This document shows, in pieces, positions 18,138 through 27,382 of a DNA stretch of 64,000 nt. Source of the DNA: a virus (Duplodnaviria; Caudoviricetes); IMG/VR virus record IMGVR_UViG_3300032216_001981, positions 18,704 to 82,703 of that record, one strand, 5' to 3'. The translations under genes were made by a program, and so were the position numbers. Numbering within the stretch: position 1 is the first letter of the stretch; each line of letters starts with the position of its first letter. The notes below the pieces were generated by a model, which saw only the letters and a program-made list of their open reading frames with translations, was not told the origin of the DNA and did not search any database.

Positions 18138-19208
18138 ATGTCTTCGATCATTGTGTCAAATTCAAAGAGAACAGAATTTGATTTTTCTAATATACACATC
18201 AATACACAGTATAACATATTGTTGCATTGTGTCTACGATCCATTTAATCATTTTGATACAGAATTTGAATTTTTAAAAGATCCTGCCTTGACTAAAGATT
18301 GGTTGGTGATACTGTGGCATCCGGTCGAGGCAGGCGTATTTGAACCCGAGTGGATAAACAAATTAGACTCTATAGTTGCCTCCGCCACCTATAAACTAGT
18401 GTATCTAACTGGGTGTAGCCATAAACCAAACATACACACAATAATACCACATGACTTTGATATTAGATTCTTTCCAGTATTTGATACCAGAGTCATAGAC
18501 ATATGGTCACGTAACATGCCTGGTGCACAAGAAATTACCACAATCAAAACAAAAAAGTTCATGTGTCTCAACGCCAAAGATATTTCTCACAGACGATATA
18601 TCCTGGCCAAACTGATGCAACATGATTTATTGTCTCAAGGCACAGTCAGCTATCAATGCACTCAAGGAAAAAACCTTTTAAATTTTGATACAGGACAGGG
18701 GTTTACAGAAAACCAATTGACACGCATACGTGAAATGTCGGCCTTGACCGATAACCTTATTCCCATGGTGCTGGATGGGTCGGATGTAATCAACGGCCTG
18801 CCGCGTGAATTGTTTTTAGATGCATACCTTGGCATCATTGGAGAAACACATTTTATAAATACTCCATTTGGATTTAATCGAAGTTTTGTATCAGAAAAAA
18901 CATTTAATGCAATAGCTAATAATCAAATGTTTATTGTTGTTGGTCAGGCTGGTAGCTTGGATTTACTACGATCTTTGGGATATCAAACTTTTGATCCTGT
19001 GATAAACGAAACCTATGACACCATTGTCAACAACAATGGCGATAGACTTGAAGCAGTTGCTGATGAAATAATTAGATTTGTTTCAAGGCCAATTGAACAA
19101 ATTCAACAAGATTATCTACAGGTCATTGACATAATAGAGCATAACAGGAACCTGCTGTTCTCGCAATCCCTAGAACGTCGACTACAACAGATGATAGACA
19201 CATTATGA
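18138..19208 (+). CDS. Glycosyltransferase-like protein (GT10/exostosin-like C-terminus)
   Basis: IIGETHF...FVSEKTFNAI...FIVVG...LLRSLGYQTF; paralog of 19920. Confidence 0.55.
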   Translation: MSSIIVSNSKRTEFDFSNIHINTQYNILLHCVYDPFNHFDTEFEFLKDPALTKDWLVILWHPVEAGVFEPEWINKLDSIVASATYKLVYLTGCSHKPNIHTIIPHDFDIRFFPVFDTRVIDIWSRNMPGAQEITTIKTKKFMCLNAKDISHRRYILAKLMQHDLLSQGTVSYQCTQGKNLLNFDTGQGFTENQLTRIREMSALTDNLIPMVLDGSDVINGLPRELFLDAYLGIIGETHFINTPFGFNRSFVSEKTFNAIANNQMFIVVGQAGSLDLLRSLGYQTFDPVINETYDTIVNNNGDRLEAVADEIIRFVSRPIEQIQQDYLQVIDIIEHNRNLLFSQSLERRLQQMIDTL

Positions 19209-19939
19209 ATATACTGGTAAGTGGGTGTAGCTTTACACAATGGCCTGCGTATCCCGGGGGGCCTAATATATGTTGGCCAAGGTGTTTACAAGAATTAAGA
19301 CCCGAGTTCAACATACGATCAGTGGCCGAAGCCGCAGCAGGCAATCAATATATTTGTGACAGTGTCATACGCGGAGTATTGGAAGATGCTCCTGATCAGG
19401 TCCTGGTGATGTGGTCTGGAATGAGTCGGCTGGATTACCTAACCAGCTTGGAAGATCCTGCATGGAATAGTTTATTTGACAGTTACGGTTTTTATCGTAG
19501 ATTACCGCATGGAAAATTGGGCTGGATATTCAGCGGTGGGAAAATGGGCACTTGGTTTAAACATCCAGTGGCTCATAAAATGTTTTATGAACAGTATAAA
19601 GTATCAAGTCCTTTAAGTTTGGCTGCGATCAATCTTGCTGAAATAGTTAAATTACAAAATTTTCTGATAGCAAAAGGCGTCCCTTATCGATTTATGAGTT
19701 ATGTGAACTATTGGACTCTTGGAGAAAATTTAAGTCCCAATGGGGATTTTGGTGTCGTTGACTTTCCCGAAATTCAGTATCTCATCAAAGAGATTGATTT
19801 TGATCAATGGATTTTTACCGACGAATGCAACGGAATATACGAGCTTGCTAAATCCAATGGCGATTTTCAAGCAGACGGATTTCATCCTGGAGATAAAACA
19901 CAACAGCAATGGGCTCAAATTATAAACGATCAGATATAA
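19205..19939 (+). CDS. SGNH/GDSL-like hydrolase or acyltransferase
   Basis: SGCSFT, AAAGNQYI, DGFHPG; paralog of 11222. Confidence 0.65.
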   Translation: MNILVSGCSFTQWPAYPGGPNICWPRCLQELRPEFNIRSVAEAAAGNQYICDSVIRGVLEDAPDQVLVMWSGMSRLDYLTSLEDPAWNSLFDSYGFYRRLPHGKLGWIFSGGKMGTWFKHPVAHKMFYEQYKVSSPLSLAAINLAEIVKLQNFLIAKGVPYRFMSYVNYWTLGENLSPNGDFGVVDFPEIQYLIKEIDFDQWIFTDECNGIYELAKSNGDFQADGFHPGDKTQQQWAQIINDQI

Positions 19940-21008
19940 CTGTTTGAATTTGATTTGCAGACCAGTGTGTCCAGTCTCTATAGTAGGCAATTTCGTAATT
20001 ATGTTCTACAATTGGTTGTATTTTATTATAAATTTCCTGTTGATCCTGTGTGCATAGATACTTTACCTGTTCAAATGCTGCCGACCATCTTTCCTGTTCT
20101 GAAGGTATTAAATCATAGCTTTCGTCAATGACGCTGTCAAAGGTTTGAAATCCCAATTTGCGTAAATTGTACAAAAATTTATAGCCGGCAAATACAATAA
20201 ACAACCTACGTGCCAACATGGGCTTACTGGTTTTTTCTGTAAAACAACAATAAGAATTCAAATAATCTGTTTCTGTTATTATACTATAAGCAGTGTCATT
20301 GAAAACTTTTATTGGTATAACCTGACTTAGATGTGTTAGGTGTCCGTGATACTTGACGTAATTGGCTGTACCAATTATATCACCACAAGGTTCTGTTCCG
20401 TCTTCCCAGATAAAATAATCTTTTGCATAAAATTCATTTTCTTTCCAATCCCCACCATAGGGTGCAACAATTTTGTCAGTTAGGCTACAGTTGTGGACTG
20501 CATGGTATACAAAATCTCTGTGTGGTTTTGGACTGCCCAACAGTGCATCAAAATATTTAGATTTGGTGCTGTATGGTGTTATTTCTGCCAATTTGTCCGG
20601 CAACCGTTGATACAACAGTGCTGTGGTTTTAAACCAATCGCCCCAACATATGATGCGACTGTTAATCTCGTCATGGTCGTTCACATAGCCCGGCAACACC
20701 CAATAAACATTGTCATTAAAGCAGTTATTCCAAATTTTAAAATGATGATCGTGCAATTCACTTTCAAATGTAAAAACCAACTGACTTATACTGCTTAATT
20801 GATTTATCTTATCTTCAAATCCTTGATAGGCTGCACAATTTATATCATAATCACAGTGCAATCTATGTGTAGTAAATGCTATTTTTGTCACATTTGTACT
20901 GTCGCGGAATTCTTCAAAACTATGTACTATGGTATATTCATCGGGGAATGTTATGTTTGGTAGCCAATCAAGCTCGATGATTTGACTGTCACTATAGATC
21001 AGTATCAT
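19920..21008 (-). CDS. Glycosyltransferase-like protein (GT10/exostosin-like C-terminus)
   Basis: YSIITET...FTEKTSKP...FIVFAG...LRKLGFQTFDSVIDESYD. Confidence 0.55.
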   Translation of the reverse strand: MILIYSDSQIIELDWLPNITFPDEYTIVHSFEEFRDSTNVTKIAFTTHRLHCDYDINCAAYQGFEDKINQLSSISQLVFTFESELHDHHFKIWNNCFNDNVYWVLPGYVNDHDEINSRIICWGDWFKTTALLYQRLPDKLAEITPYSTKSKYFDALLGSPKPHRDFVYHAVHNCSLTDKIVAPYGGDWKENEFYAKDYFIWEDGTEPCGDIIGTANYVKYHGHLTHLSQVIPIKVFNDTAYSIITETDYLNSYCCFTEKTSKPMLARRLFIVFAGYKFLYNLRKLGFQTFDSVIDESYDLIPSEQERWSAAFEQVKYLCTQDQQEIYNKIQPIVEHNYEIAYYRDWTHWSANQIQTVISDRL

Positions 21009-21011
21009 TGT

Positions 21012-21332
21012 TTAAACCCTAAAACTTTCTCCGCAACCGCAACGGTCACGTTCTTGTGGATTATTAAATTCAAACCCTTCGTTGAGACCTTGTTTTGCCC
21101 AATCTATTTCCATACCGTTTAGATAAACTAAATCTTTAGGAGCACACCACACTGTGGCGTCATTGCTGTTAAATTGCAAGTGTTCGGGCCGCGGCGAATC
21201 TAAATATTCTAACACATAGGCCATGCCCGAGCATCCAGTGGTTCTTACACCCACAAGAATGCCTAGTCCTTGGCCACGTTGAGAAATGTTTTGATTAATT
21301 TTTTTAGCGGCTTGAGGTGTGACATGTATCAT
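21012..21332 (-). CDS. iscA: A-type Fe-S carrier IscA (HesB family)
   Basis: GVRTTGCSGMAY and RCGCGESF. Confidence 0.93.
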   Translation of the reverse strand: MIHVTPQAAKKINQNISQRGQGLGILVGVRTTGCSGMAYVLEYLDSPRPEHLQFNSNDATVWCAPKDLVYLNGMEIDWAKQGLNEGFEFNNPQERDRCGCGESFRV

Positions 21333-21341
21333 GAATATGTT

Positions 21342-21608
21342 TTATTTTTTTATTTTTTTAAAAATATCAAAAAAATCTGTTTTGTTTTGTTGCTTTTGTT
21401 CAAGAGCTTTTTTCTCAGATTCTTTTTTTGATAACTCGTCAAGATCTCGCTTCAGTGTAGCATGCAGTATTGAGTCTGACGTTGATGCTAATTTTTCCTG
21501 TTGAAGAACTTTCAGTGTTCGTTCACAGCGGATACAAGTGACATGTCCGTTTTTACGGCGATCGACGGGGAGTAATTCTAAACAATTTGTGCAGACTTTA
21601 GCAGGCAT
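21342..21608 (-). CDS. Zinc-ribbon plus basic coiled-coil protein
   Basis: CTNC...CIRC; extended -10 TGCTATAAT upstream (hexamer at 21643-21648). Confidence 0.6.
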   Translation of the reverse strand: MPAKVCTNCLELLPVDRRKNGHVTCIRCERTLKVLQQEKLASTSDSILHATLKRDLDELSKKESEKKALEQKQQNKTDFFDIFKKIKK

Positions 21609-21654
21609 GATTTTACCGAATCCAATTTAATTTACTATTGTGATTATAGCAAAT

Positions 21655-22074
21655 TTAGCTGCGTTTTCCTAGAGCACGGTTAGCCATACTGGAAACTGTT
21701 TTTTCTGGAGGGGTTTTTACAGCTTCGCCTGCTTCACCGGGCACTTCTACATCTGTGTCGACTGGGTTGATGAACACGTATTTTTGCCCGTTTTCATCAT
21801 CTTTGATATTGCCAACTATACTTTTTACAGCTTCGTTGTGTTGTTTGGCTTTTTGCAGTGTTTCCAATGTGAATGCTTCGGCACCGGGCTTGCTTCGTAC
21901 TAAATTGATCAATGCTTCCACAGAGATTTTTGGCACTGTGGCATGATCACTACTGAATTGCAATTCTCTCAGTGTGTCAATCAATGCATCGTTGGCGGCA
22001 TGATCAGCATCGTCTTCTACGAAACCGGCCAATCCGTCTTCGTTCAACGGGCGAGCAAATTCACTGAATCTCAT
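21655..22074 (-). CDS. Acidic protein with putative head-targeting leader
   Basis: MRFSEFARPLNE N-terminus. Confidence 0.65.
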   Translation of the reverse strand: MRFSEFARPLNEDGLAGFVEDDADHAANDALIDTLRELQFSSDHATVPKISVEALINLVRSKPGAEAFTLETLQKAKQHNEAVKSIVGNIKDDENGQKYVFINPVDTDVEVPGEAGEAVKTPPEKTVSSMANRALGKRS

Positions 22075-22772
22075 TAACGCTTTTCTCTGCCGAGTTCTTC
22101 TGGACCGCCCACAGCTGCATCGGTGCCATCAAATCCATCGCCCGCTGCGGCAGGAGCTTCTGGGGCAGGGGCCATACCCGAGTCAGGCGACGGAGCACCC
22201 ATGCCAGTGTCGGCACCCATTCCGCCCATGCTCATGTCGGGAACAGCTTCTCCGGTCAATGCTCTAGCAGCACCATCGGCCTGTTCACGACCGGTACTGA
22301 GTTGTTGCCATAATTGTTGTAACAAAGGAGTAACTGTGCCTTTGAAACTTTCGGCCTGCTGTTCACCAATTTGATCACGGATTGTGTCTAACAAAGCCGG
22401 TAACTGCTCGTTTTGCATTTTACCAATTTTTTCCAACATGTCCTGTATCGAGTCAACCATGTCTTTGGCAGCCAATGTAGCTTCGGCCTTGGCCATTTCG
22501 CTTTCACGCAACAGTACATGGCGATTTTCCACCATCCAACGATTTAAACTTTCGCGAACCATCAACAGTTCCATGTACTTGGGATTCTTTTCAGCTGTGT
22601 GTACACCGTGTGTACGCTTGACAGCATTCAAGCTTTCTGTGATACCGGTGGCCAATTGATAGGCCTTTTTAAATGTTAAATTGTCGTAGTCGATTCGAAA
22701 TCCAAATCTGCTTTCAACTACTTGATTAATTCGGTTAGCTCTTGGCTGGTTGCTCATTTCTGATAATTTCAT
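22074..22772 (-). CDS. Helical protein, possible prohead core/scaffold
   Basis: MKLSEM leader, LLRESE, Pro/Ala/Gly-rich tail; CTAAATA upstream near 22801. Confidence 0.55.
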   Translation of the reverse strand: MKLSEMSNQPRANRINQVVESRFGFRIDYDNLTFKKAYQLATGITESLNAVKRTHGVHTAEKNPKYMELLMVRESLNRWMVENRHVLLRESEMAKAEATLAAKDMVDSIQDMLEKIGKMQNEQLPALLDTIRDQIGEQQAESFKGTVTPLLQQLWQQLSTGREQADGAARALTGEAVPDMSMGGMGADTGMGAPSPDSGMAPAPEAPAAAGDGFDGTDAAVGGPEELGREKR

Positions 22773-22833
22773 GGTTTATTTTTTTCCCAAACTTATGTAG
22801 TATTTAGTCGGTTAGTGTAAATCTTTCATTCTT

Positions 22834-23367
22834 TTACTGTTGCCAAATTTTTAAGTTTTTGGCCTGTGCAACATGTTTATTTAACTCTGTTTGTGATATC
22901 TGCAACCTTAATCTTGCATCTGATAGTCTAGCACTCCATATACTTATGCTGTCCAGCTTCAAGTTTTTTCTTGCACGAGCTAGACTGGCCTCGTAGTGTG
23001 TGACATCGTTTTTTAATCGCAACACTTCAGTGTCGGTGTCGCGTATTCTTGTGGCTATAACGCCAAGTCTCACATGCTCGCATAAACAATAAAAAATAGC
23101 CGATTGTTTGCTGTCAAATATGTGTATTTTATCTTGATTTCTTGTGGTCAATTCCCAATAGCCCAAGTTAGGCACAATATGAAAATTACCAATGTTGTAG
23201 CCGCCGTGTGGCAAGGGCCATATCAGTGGAACATTTTTATTGTTGTTTAAACGAGAAAATTCTCTTTGTGTCCAAGCAGATATGTACTGAGTTGCTGCTG
23301 CTATGGCTTGATCAACTTGTTGTTTTGTAGGTTCTACTTTGTGGTTTTTGATAGGTAATACGTCCAT
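22834..23367 (-). CDS. Hypothetical protein with C-terminal coiled coil
   Basis: 177-aa ORF. Confidence 0.65.
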   Translation of the reverse strand: MDVLPIKNHKVEPTKQQVDQAIAAATQYISAWTQREFSRLNNNKNVPLIWPLPHGGYNIGNFHIVPNLGYWELTTRNQDKIHIFDSKQSAIFYCLCEHVRLGVIATRIRDTDTEVLRLKNDVTHYEASLARARKNLKLDSISIWSARLSDARLRLQISQTELNKHVAQAKNLKIWQQ

Positions 23368-23542
23368 TTTCTTGAATTCTCAATAACACATCTTTGTTAA
23401 CCAAACTGTTGGCAATTACCTGCTGTCTTGGGTCCAATGCAGATTTGTGCAACACTGCGTTGTCTGCAAATTGATCCAACAGTTCTGCCTCTTCGTTGGT
23501 TACGGGCAGACTAATGTTATTTAAGAGTTCTACTATACGCAT
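23312..23542 (-). CDS. Small hypothetical protein
   Basis: MRIVELLNN leader; 76 aa. Confidence 0.6.
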   Translation of the reverse strand: MRIVELLNNISLPVTNEEAELLDQFADNAVLHKSALDPRQQVIANSLVNKDVLLRIQENGRITYQKPQSRTYKTTS

Positions 23543-23545
23543 AAA

Positions 23546-23806
23546 TTATTTAAGTGCCGAATGAACCAGTACACCTAATATAGCAGTAAGCAAGATACCA
23601 AACACACTGGTGCCGATGGTGATGATGGTTTTTAAATTATCACTGTTACCAGTACGAATGCTGTCTTTGATGTCCACTATATGGCCTTCTAATTTATCCA
23701 TGCGTGTTTCAAGATTGGAAAGTTTTGTATCCAAGTTACTATACCTTTCAGCACACAGTTCTACATGGGCTTCAAGGCTCTTTTTTTCTATATCTGTTGA
23801 GGACAT
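23546..23806 (-). CDS. Coiled-coil protein with C-terminal TM helix
   Basis: LEAHVELCAERY..., hydrophobic C-terminus. Confidence 0.65.
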   Translation of the reverse strand: MSSTDIEKKSLEAHVELCAERYSNLDTKLSNLETRMDKLEGHIVDIKDSIRTGNSDNLKTIITIGTSVFGILLTAILGVLVHSALK

Positions 23807-23893
23807 AATTGTCTCTTCGCTTTCTTCAGGTTAAGCGATGTGTTGATGGTGCCTAAATGTGCCTTAATAATGAGCCTTAATGTTGCCATGACA

Positions 23894-24331
23894 TCAATAC
23901 ATATTTATGTGTCGGTAGCCGGATTTAAAGTAAATGTTTTTGATACTGCCGTAGGGATAGAAAATAGGCAACATGAATCTTGCTGTCTCGTCCAATCCCT
24001 GTATCACAGGAACCTGTTCAAACGATTCCTCAAGCAATGCAGTGGGGCCAAGATCAGAGGCAAAAGCATTGACGTGTTCAATGGCAAATAACCACACCCA
24101 CACACGATGTTCTCCAGCAAAGAAATCTCCAAATTCCCAGTGTTCCACCGGCATTACCCAAGAGTAAGGTTCCTGTAGTTCCACTGGTTGTGCTCTAAGT
24201 CCAATCACCTGTAGTACTGTTTCCCAGTTGCGTTGTTGATCACGACGGTGCTGATCATGGCCGCGAACATCTCCGGTGGCTGTGATGTCTACCAAGGTAA
24301 ATCCTGTGAATTTTTCCAGTTGTGTTTGCAT
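23894..24331 (-). CDS. Hypothetical protein
   Basis: Start moved to MQTQLEKF, 5 nt after TATAAGTA (24337-24344); TLVDITATG...RDQQRNWET. Confidence 0.65.
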   Translation of the reverse strand: MQTQLEKFTGFTLVDITATGDVRGHDQHRRDQQRNWETVLQVIGLRAQPVELQEPYSWVMPVEHWEFGDFFAGEHRVWVWLFAIEHVNAFASDLGPTALLEESFEQVPVIQGLDETARFMLPIFYPYGSIKNIYFKSGYRHINMY

Positions 24332-24365
24332 ACAACTACTTATAGAGTTTAAAATTTGCAACCAC

Positions 24366-24390
24366 AAAAAAAGCACCGAAGTGCTTTTTT
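24366..24390. terminator. Bidirectional terminator with C(UUCG)G tetraloop on minus strand
   Basis: AAAAAAAGCAC-CGAA-GTGCTTTTTT. Confidence 0.88.
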
Positions 24391-24415
24391 GTTATAGCGG
24401 TTAAACTATCGGTTA

Positions 24416-24838
24416 TTACGCTAGTTTGAAACCACCAGTACTTGAAACTGCTGAAACTGTACCAACGTAGCAATTACCAGTAGCACCGATGTTACCACCA
24501 GTTGCTGCTGTCCACTGACCAGAACCAGTTTGGATAGCTGTTTGTAAACCAGCATCAGTCCAGCTTGAACGCTCAACTAAAACGCTCATCTGTTGTGATG
24601 TATCAACTTGATACGCTAAAACTGAAGCATTACCTTCAACTTGACGTAAAATTGTTTCAACTGCGCCACCTACTGCTAATTCAGCCGCTAAGTTACCGTT
24701 GAAACCTAAAGTGATTTTATATGCTTGTAATGGTGCTGCAACACCTGTGTTGATGATGGTTGCATTGGCAAATGAACGACCTGTGTCAACTTGTCTTGTG
24801 CCGGCTGAGTCGCCGTTAACTCTTGTAAAAACTGCCAT
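24416..24838 (-). CDS. Probable highly expressed small structural protein (possible capsid decoration)
   Basis: Strong SD AAGGAGA, ATAAATA box upstream, T-ending codon bias, own UUCG terminator. Confidence 0.6.
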   Translation of the reverse strand: MAVFTRVNGDSAGTRQVDTGRSFANATIINTGVAAPLQAYKITLGFNGNLAAELAVGGAVETILRQVEGNASVLAYQVDTSQQMSVLVERSSWTDAGLQTAIQTGSGQWTAATGGNIGATGNCYVGTVSAVSSTGGFKLA

Positions 24839-24905
24839 GTTAATTCTCCTTGTTGTTAATGAGCTGTTACGCTACATGCAAATATTTATGATAGAAGATA
24901 AAATT

Positions 24906-25883
24906 TTACAGTTTTAATGCTTTGGACAATTTATGTTTCAACTGCTGTTGGTATTGTTCCTTGAGTTGCGTGTTCCAGCCCTGTTGTCTTGCTTGTTCCC
25001 AAATACTTGCACGTTGTTCAAAAAATGTATTTTTAATTTTATCCAAAGAAGTGAGTTTTTTATCGCCCTTGGCAGTGCCTACCTCGCCCGACTTAACTGT
25101 GATCATAGACGCAAATACTCCCAGTATTCTATGTTTACTGCGTGGATTCCTGACAGTTTTTTGTGCCTGTAGTACTAGTTGATCAAAGCTTTGGTTTAAA
25201 TCGTATTGATATAGCAGTCGTTGTAGATCACTGTAATTTTGTGAATACCAAACAACTTCTCTACCGGCCTGTTTGACAGTGCCGGGTTCGTATGTAACTT
25301 TTCTCAACTCCAATCTAACACTGGAGAGGTTAAACTCGTATTCTTGATCGGGTTCAGTCAATGCTGGTGCTTTGATGCTCAGCCGTTTAAACAACACCTG
25401 TGGGTCTGTTTCAATTGTGGCAATTTTAACCAATGCCAACACTAGGCCTTGCTTTTCTGCCGGCATGTCGAGAAAGGACTGTTTAAATTCAGCTTCCACT
25501 GGATCCTTTGCAATGATGTTGTCAATCTGTACCGAGTAACCCAAACGATCATCGTGATAACGGACAGTGACTATCTCTCCTGAGTTGTAGCTACGTTTGC
25601 CCGCATGCTTGACACTGGTAAAAGGTACTATAGTAGTTTCTGGATGTGCGTGGAAAAATGCCTGTAGTTTCTTTTTAGTAACTGCTTTGTCGTCATTACT
25701 CTGTATGTGGGCTATAAGATCTATGTCGCCAAAATCCTGTTTGTTTGGATCGCTGTTGTAGCTACCAGATTTTCTTAAGTCAACAAAACCAGGAAATTTA
25801 GCGATAAGGGGCTTGTATGATGCGGCAAAAGCATCAAAGTCTGCACGACTACGTATTCTTTCTGCACCCGCTACTCCGCTCAT
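24906..25883 (-). CDS. Pol-beta-superfamily nucleotidyltransferase 2
   Basis: SGSYNSDPNKQDFGDIDLIAH (GS-x11-DxD), third Asp in VQIDNI. Confidence 0.72.
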   Translation of the reverse strand: MSGVAGAERIRSRADFDAFAASYKPLIAKFPGFVDLRKSGSYNSDPNKQDFGDIDLIAHIQSNDDKAVTKKKLQAFFHAHPETTIVPFTSVKHAGKRSYNSGEIVTVRYHDDRLGYSVQIDNIIAKDPVEAEFKQSFLDMPAEKQGLVLALVKIATIETDPQVLFKRLSIKAPALTEPDQEYEFNLSSVRLELRKVTYEPGTVKQAGREVVWYSQNYSDLQRLLYQYDLNQSFDQLVLQAQKTVRNPRSKHRILGVFASMITVKSGEVGTAKGDKKLTSLDKIKNTFFEQRASIWEQARQQGWNTQLKEQYQQQLKHKLSKALKL

Positions 25884-27382
25884 GTCGTTTCCGTTCTATA
25901 TTTTGCTAATGCAGATGTATTCGGTAAGAATTTGCCAGAAAGACCTAGTGTTTTTTGACGCTTGATCCATTCGTTTTGAAGATCATCTGGGATATCTGCT
26001 CGTGTAGAATCTAAAATCTTAAAGTAGATGTTGAGCAGACTGTTGTATTGTTGTGTGTTCATACGCATCTTGAATAGCCTATGTAGTTTATAGTAGTCCT
26101 CGGTATCATCTCTGTTTATCTCAAAACCTAATCTATCACCTAATATTTTTAGAGCCTTGTCGGGTATATGAGCCACTACGTCTCTGGACTCCTTGTCCTT
26201 TACTCCGCTGACGTGATTGAAACTGAGGTTAGCTACTTGGAAAGCCGATAGCATCAGCTGTGTTCTATGTAGTCCCTTGACATTAGAGTAATGTGCATAC
26301 GGAGCCGAGTGATAACTGAACAGGAGCCATTCTAAATTTCCCACCATCCAATCTATCTGTACACCAGTACCTACATATTTACCAGCGGGATTTACTTGTG
26401 GATAGACTCCAAATATATTGCCATCGTTGACCTTTTTCTCGTCACAGTAGAGAGTAGGAGCATTGGCATTGATGTATCTTACTAATTCTTGGAGAAATGC
26501 TCTCATGAGAATCTGTTGCGGAGTTGCCGTCTTGGCCTTTGATTTAAATATTTCGAATTGCTTGGTCACAGCGTCCGGATCAAGTCCCCACTCTGTGATA
26601 CTTTTTGGAGTTATTTCTTGATCTACGATAGAGTGTGAGCTGACAGCTAGATCAATATCTCCTGCTTCTTTTGGTCCTAAATCCATCCATGGCTCATCTG
26701 GGGTATTTCTAAAGACCCAGAAGTGCCCTGTATCTTCGGTCTTGAATACATCTTTGTTAGCTTGGCCTTTATATTCTAGGGGAAGTTCCTTGCGAGATGG
26801 TACCAACCCTTTAACTTCTAGACTACTAGATCCTACAGAATGGAAATGTTGCCTATCAAATATGGCAGCCTTTTGTGGGAAAATACTTTTCAATTCATTA
26901 AAATAGGCAGTGAGTGTAGGTTCAATATTTTCTAAAGATATCTTACCGGTCCTTCCTTTGAAGACATTACCGCCTTCCATGATGGGTTCCCATGCCATGG
27001 GCTTGGCACCGCGGGCAATGGGCTTGAATCCATGTCTTTTATATAGTTTGGTCAGTGAGGCCGAACTTATTCTGCCGTGACTCCAAGGCATTAGTGTCAA
27101 TCTAATACCCGATGCCTGTGCCTGGCGTTGCAGTTCCTGTATGGCTCTACTGCCCACACCTTGACGCTGTTCGGGTCCGGCCATGATCCAGTCTATTTCC
27201 ACTGTGCGAGCATCGGCACCGGGTTTGAGTTTGAATGCAGCAAAAGTTTGTTCTTCTCCCTCACCCCACACCATGACTCGGTCTGCTTGTCCATAGGGCC
27301 ACTTGGGATATTGACTGTATACTTGATCTATCCACTGCTGTGCTAAACCAGCAGATTCAACAATGACTTCGCGTATTTTCAT
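25880..27382 (-). CDS. GNAT acetyltransferase fused to Pol-beta-like nucleotidyltransferase 1
   Basis: RQGVGS acetyl-CoA motif and LYKRHGF; then EGGNVF...VGSS-(insert)-AGDIDLAV...VQIDWM...KGLHR. Confidence 0.72.
   Translation of the reverse strand: MKIREVIVESAGLAQQWIDQVYSQYPKWPYGQADRVMVWGEGEEQTFAAFKLKPGADARTVEIDWIMAGPEQRQGVGSRAIQELQRQAQASGIRLTLMPWSHGRISSASLTKLYKRHGFKPIARGAKPMAWEPIMEGGNVFKGRTGKISLENIEPTLTAYFNELKSIFPQKAAIFDRQHFHSVGSSSLEVKGLVPSRKELPLEYKGQANKDVFKTEDTGHFWVFRNTPDEPWMDLGPKEAGDIDLAVSSHSIVDQEITPKSITEWGLDPDAVTKQFEIFKSKAKTATPQQILMRAFLQELVRYINANAPTLYCDEKKVNDGNIFGVYPQVNPAGKYVGTGVQIDWMVGNLEWLLFSYHSAPYAHYSNVKGLHRTQLMLSAFQVANLSFNHVSGVKDKESRDVVAHIPDKALKILGDRLGFEINRDDTEDYYKLHRLFKMRMNTQQYNSLLNIYFKILDSTRADIPDDLQNEWIKRQKTLGLSGKFLPNTSALAKYRTETT

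Noticed and set aside
26640-26830. Intein or intron in nucleotidyltransferase 1
   Set aside because: The insert lacks Cys/Ser-start plus His-Asn-end intein termini, is too short, stays in frame and shows no group I/II structure.
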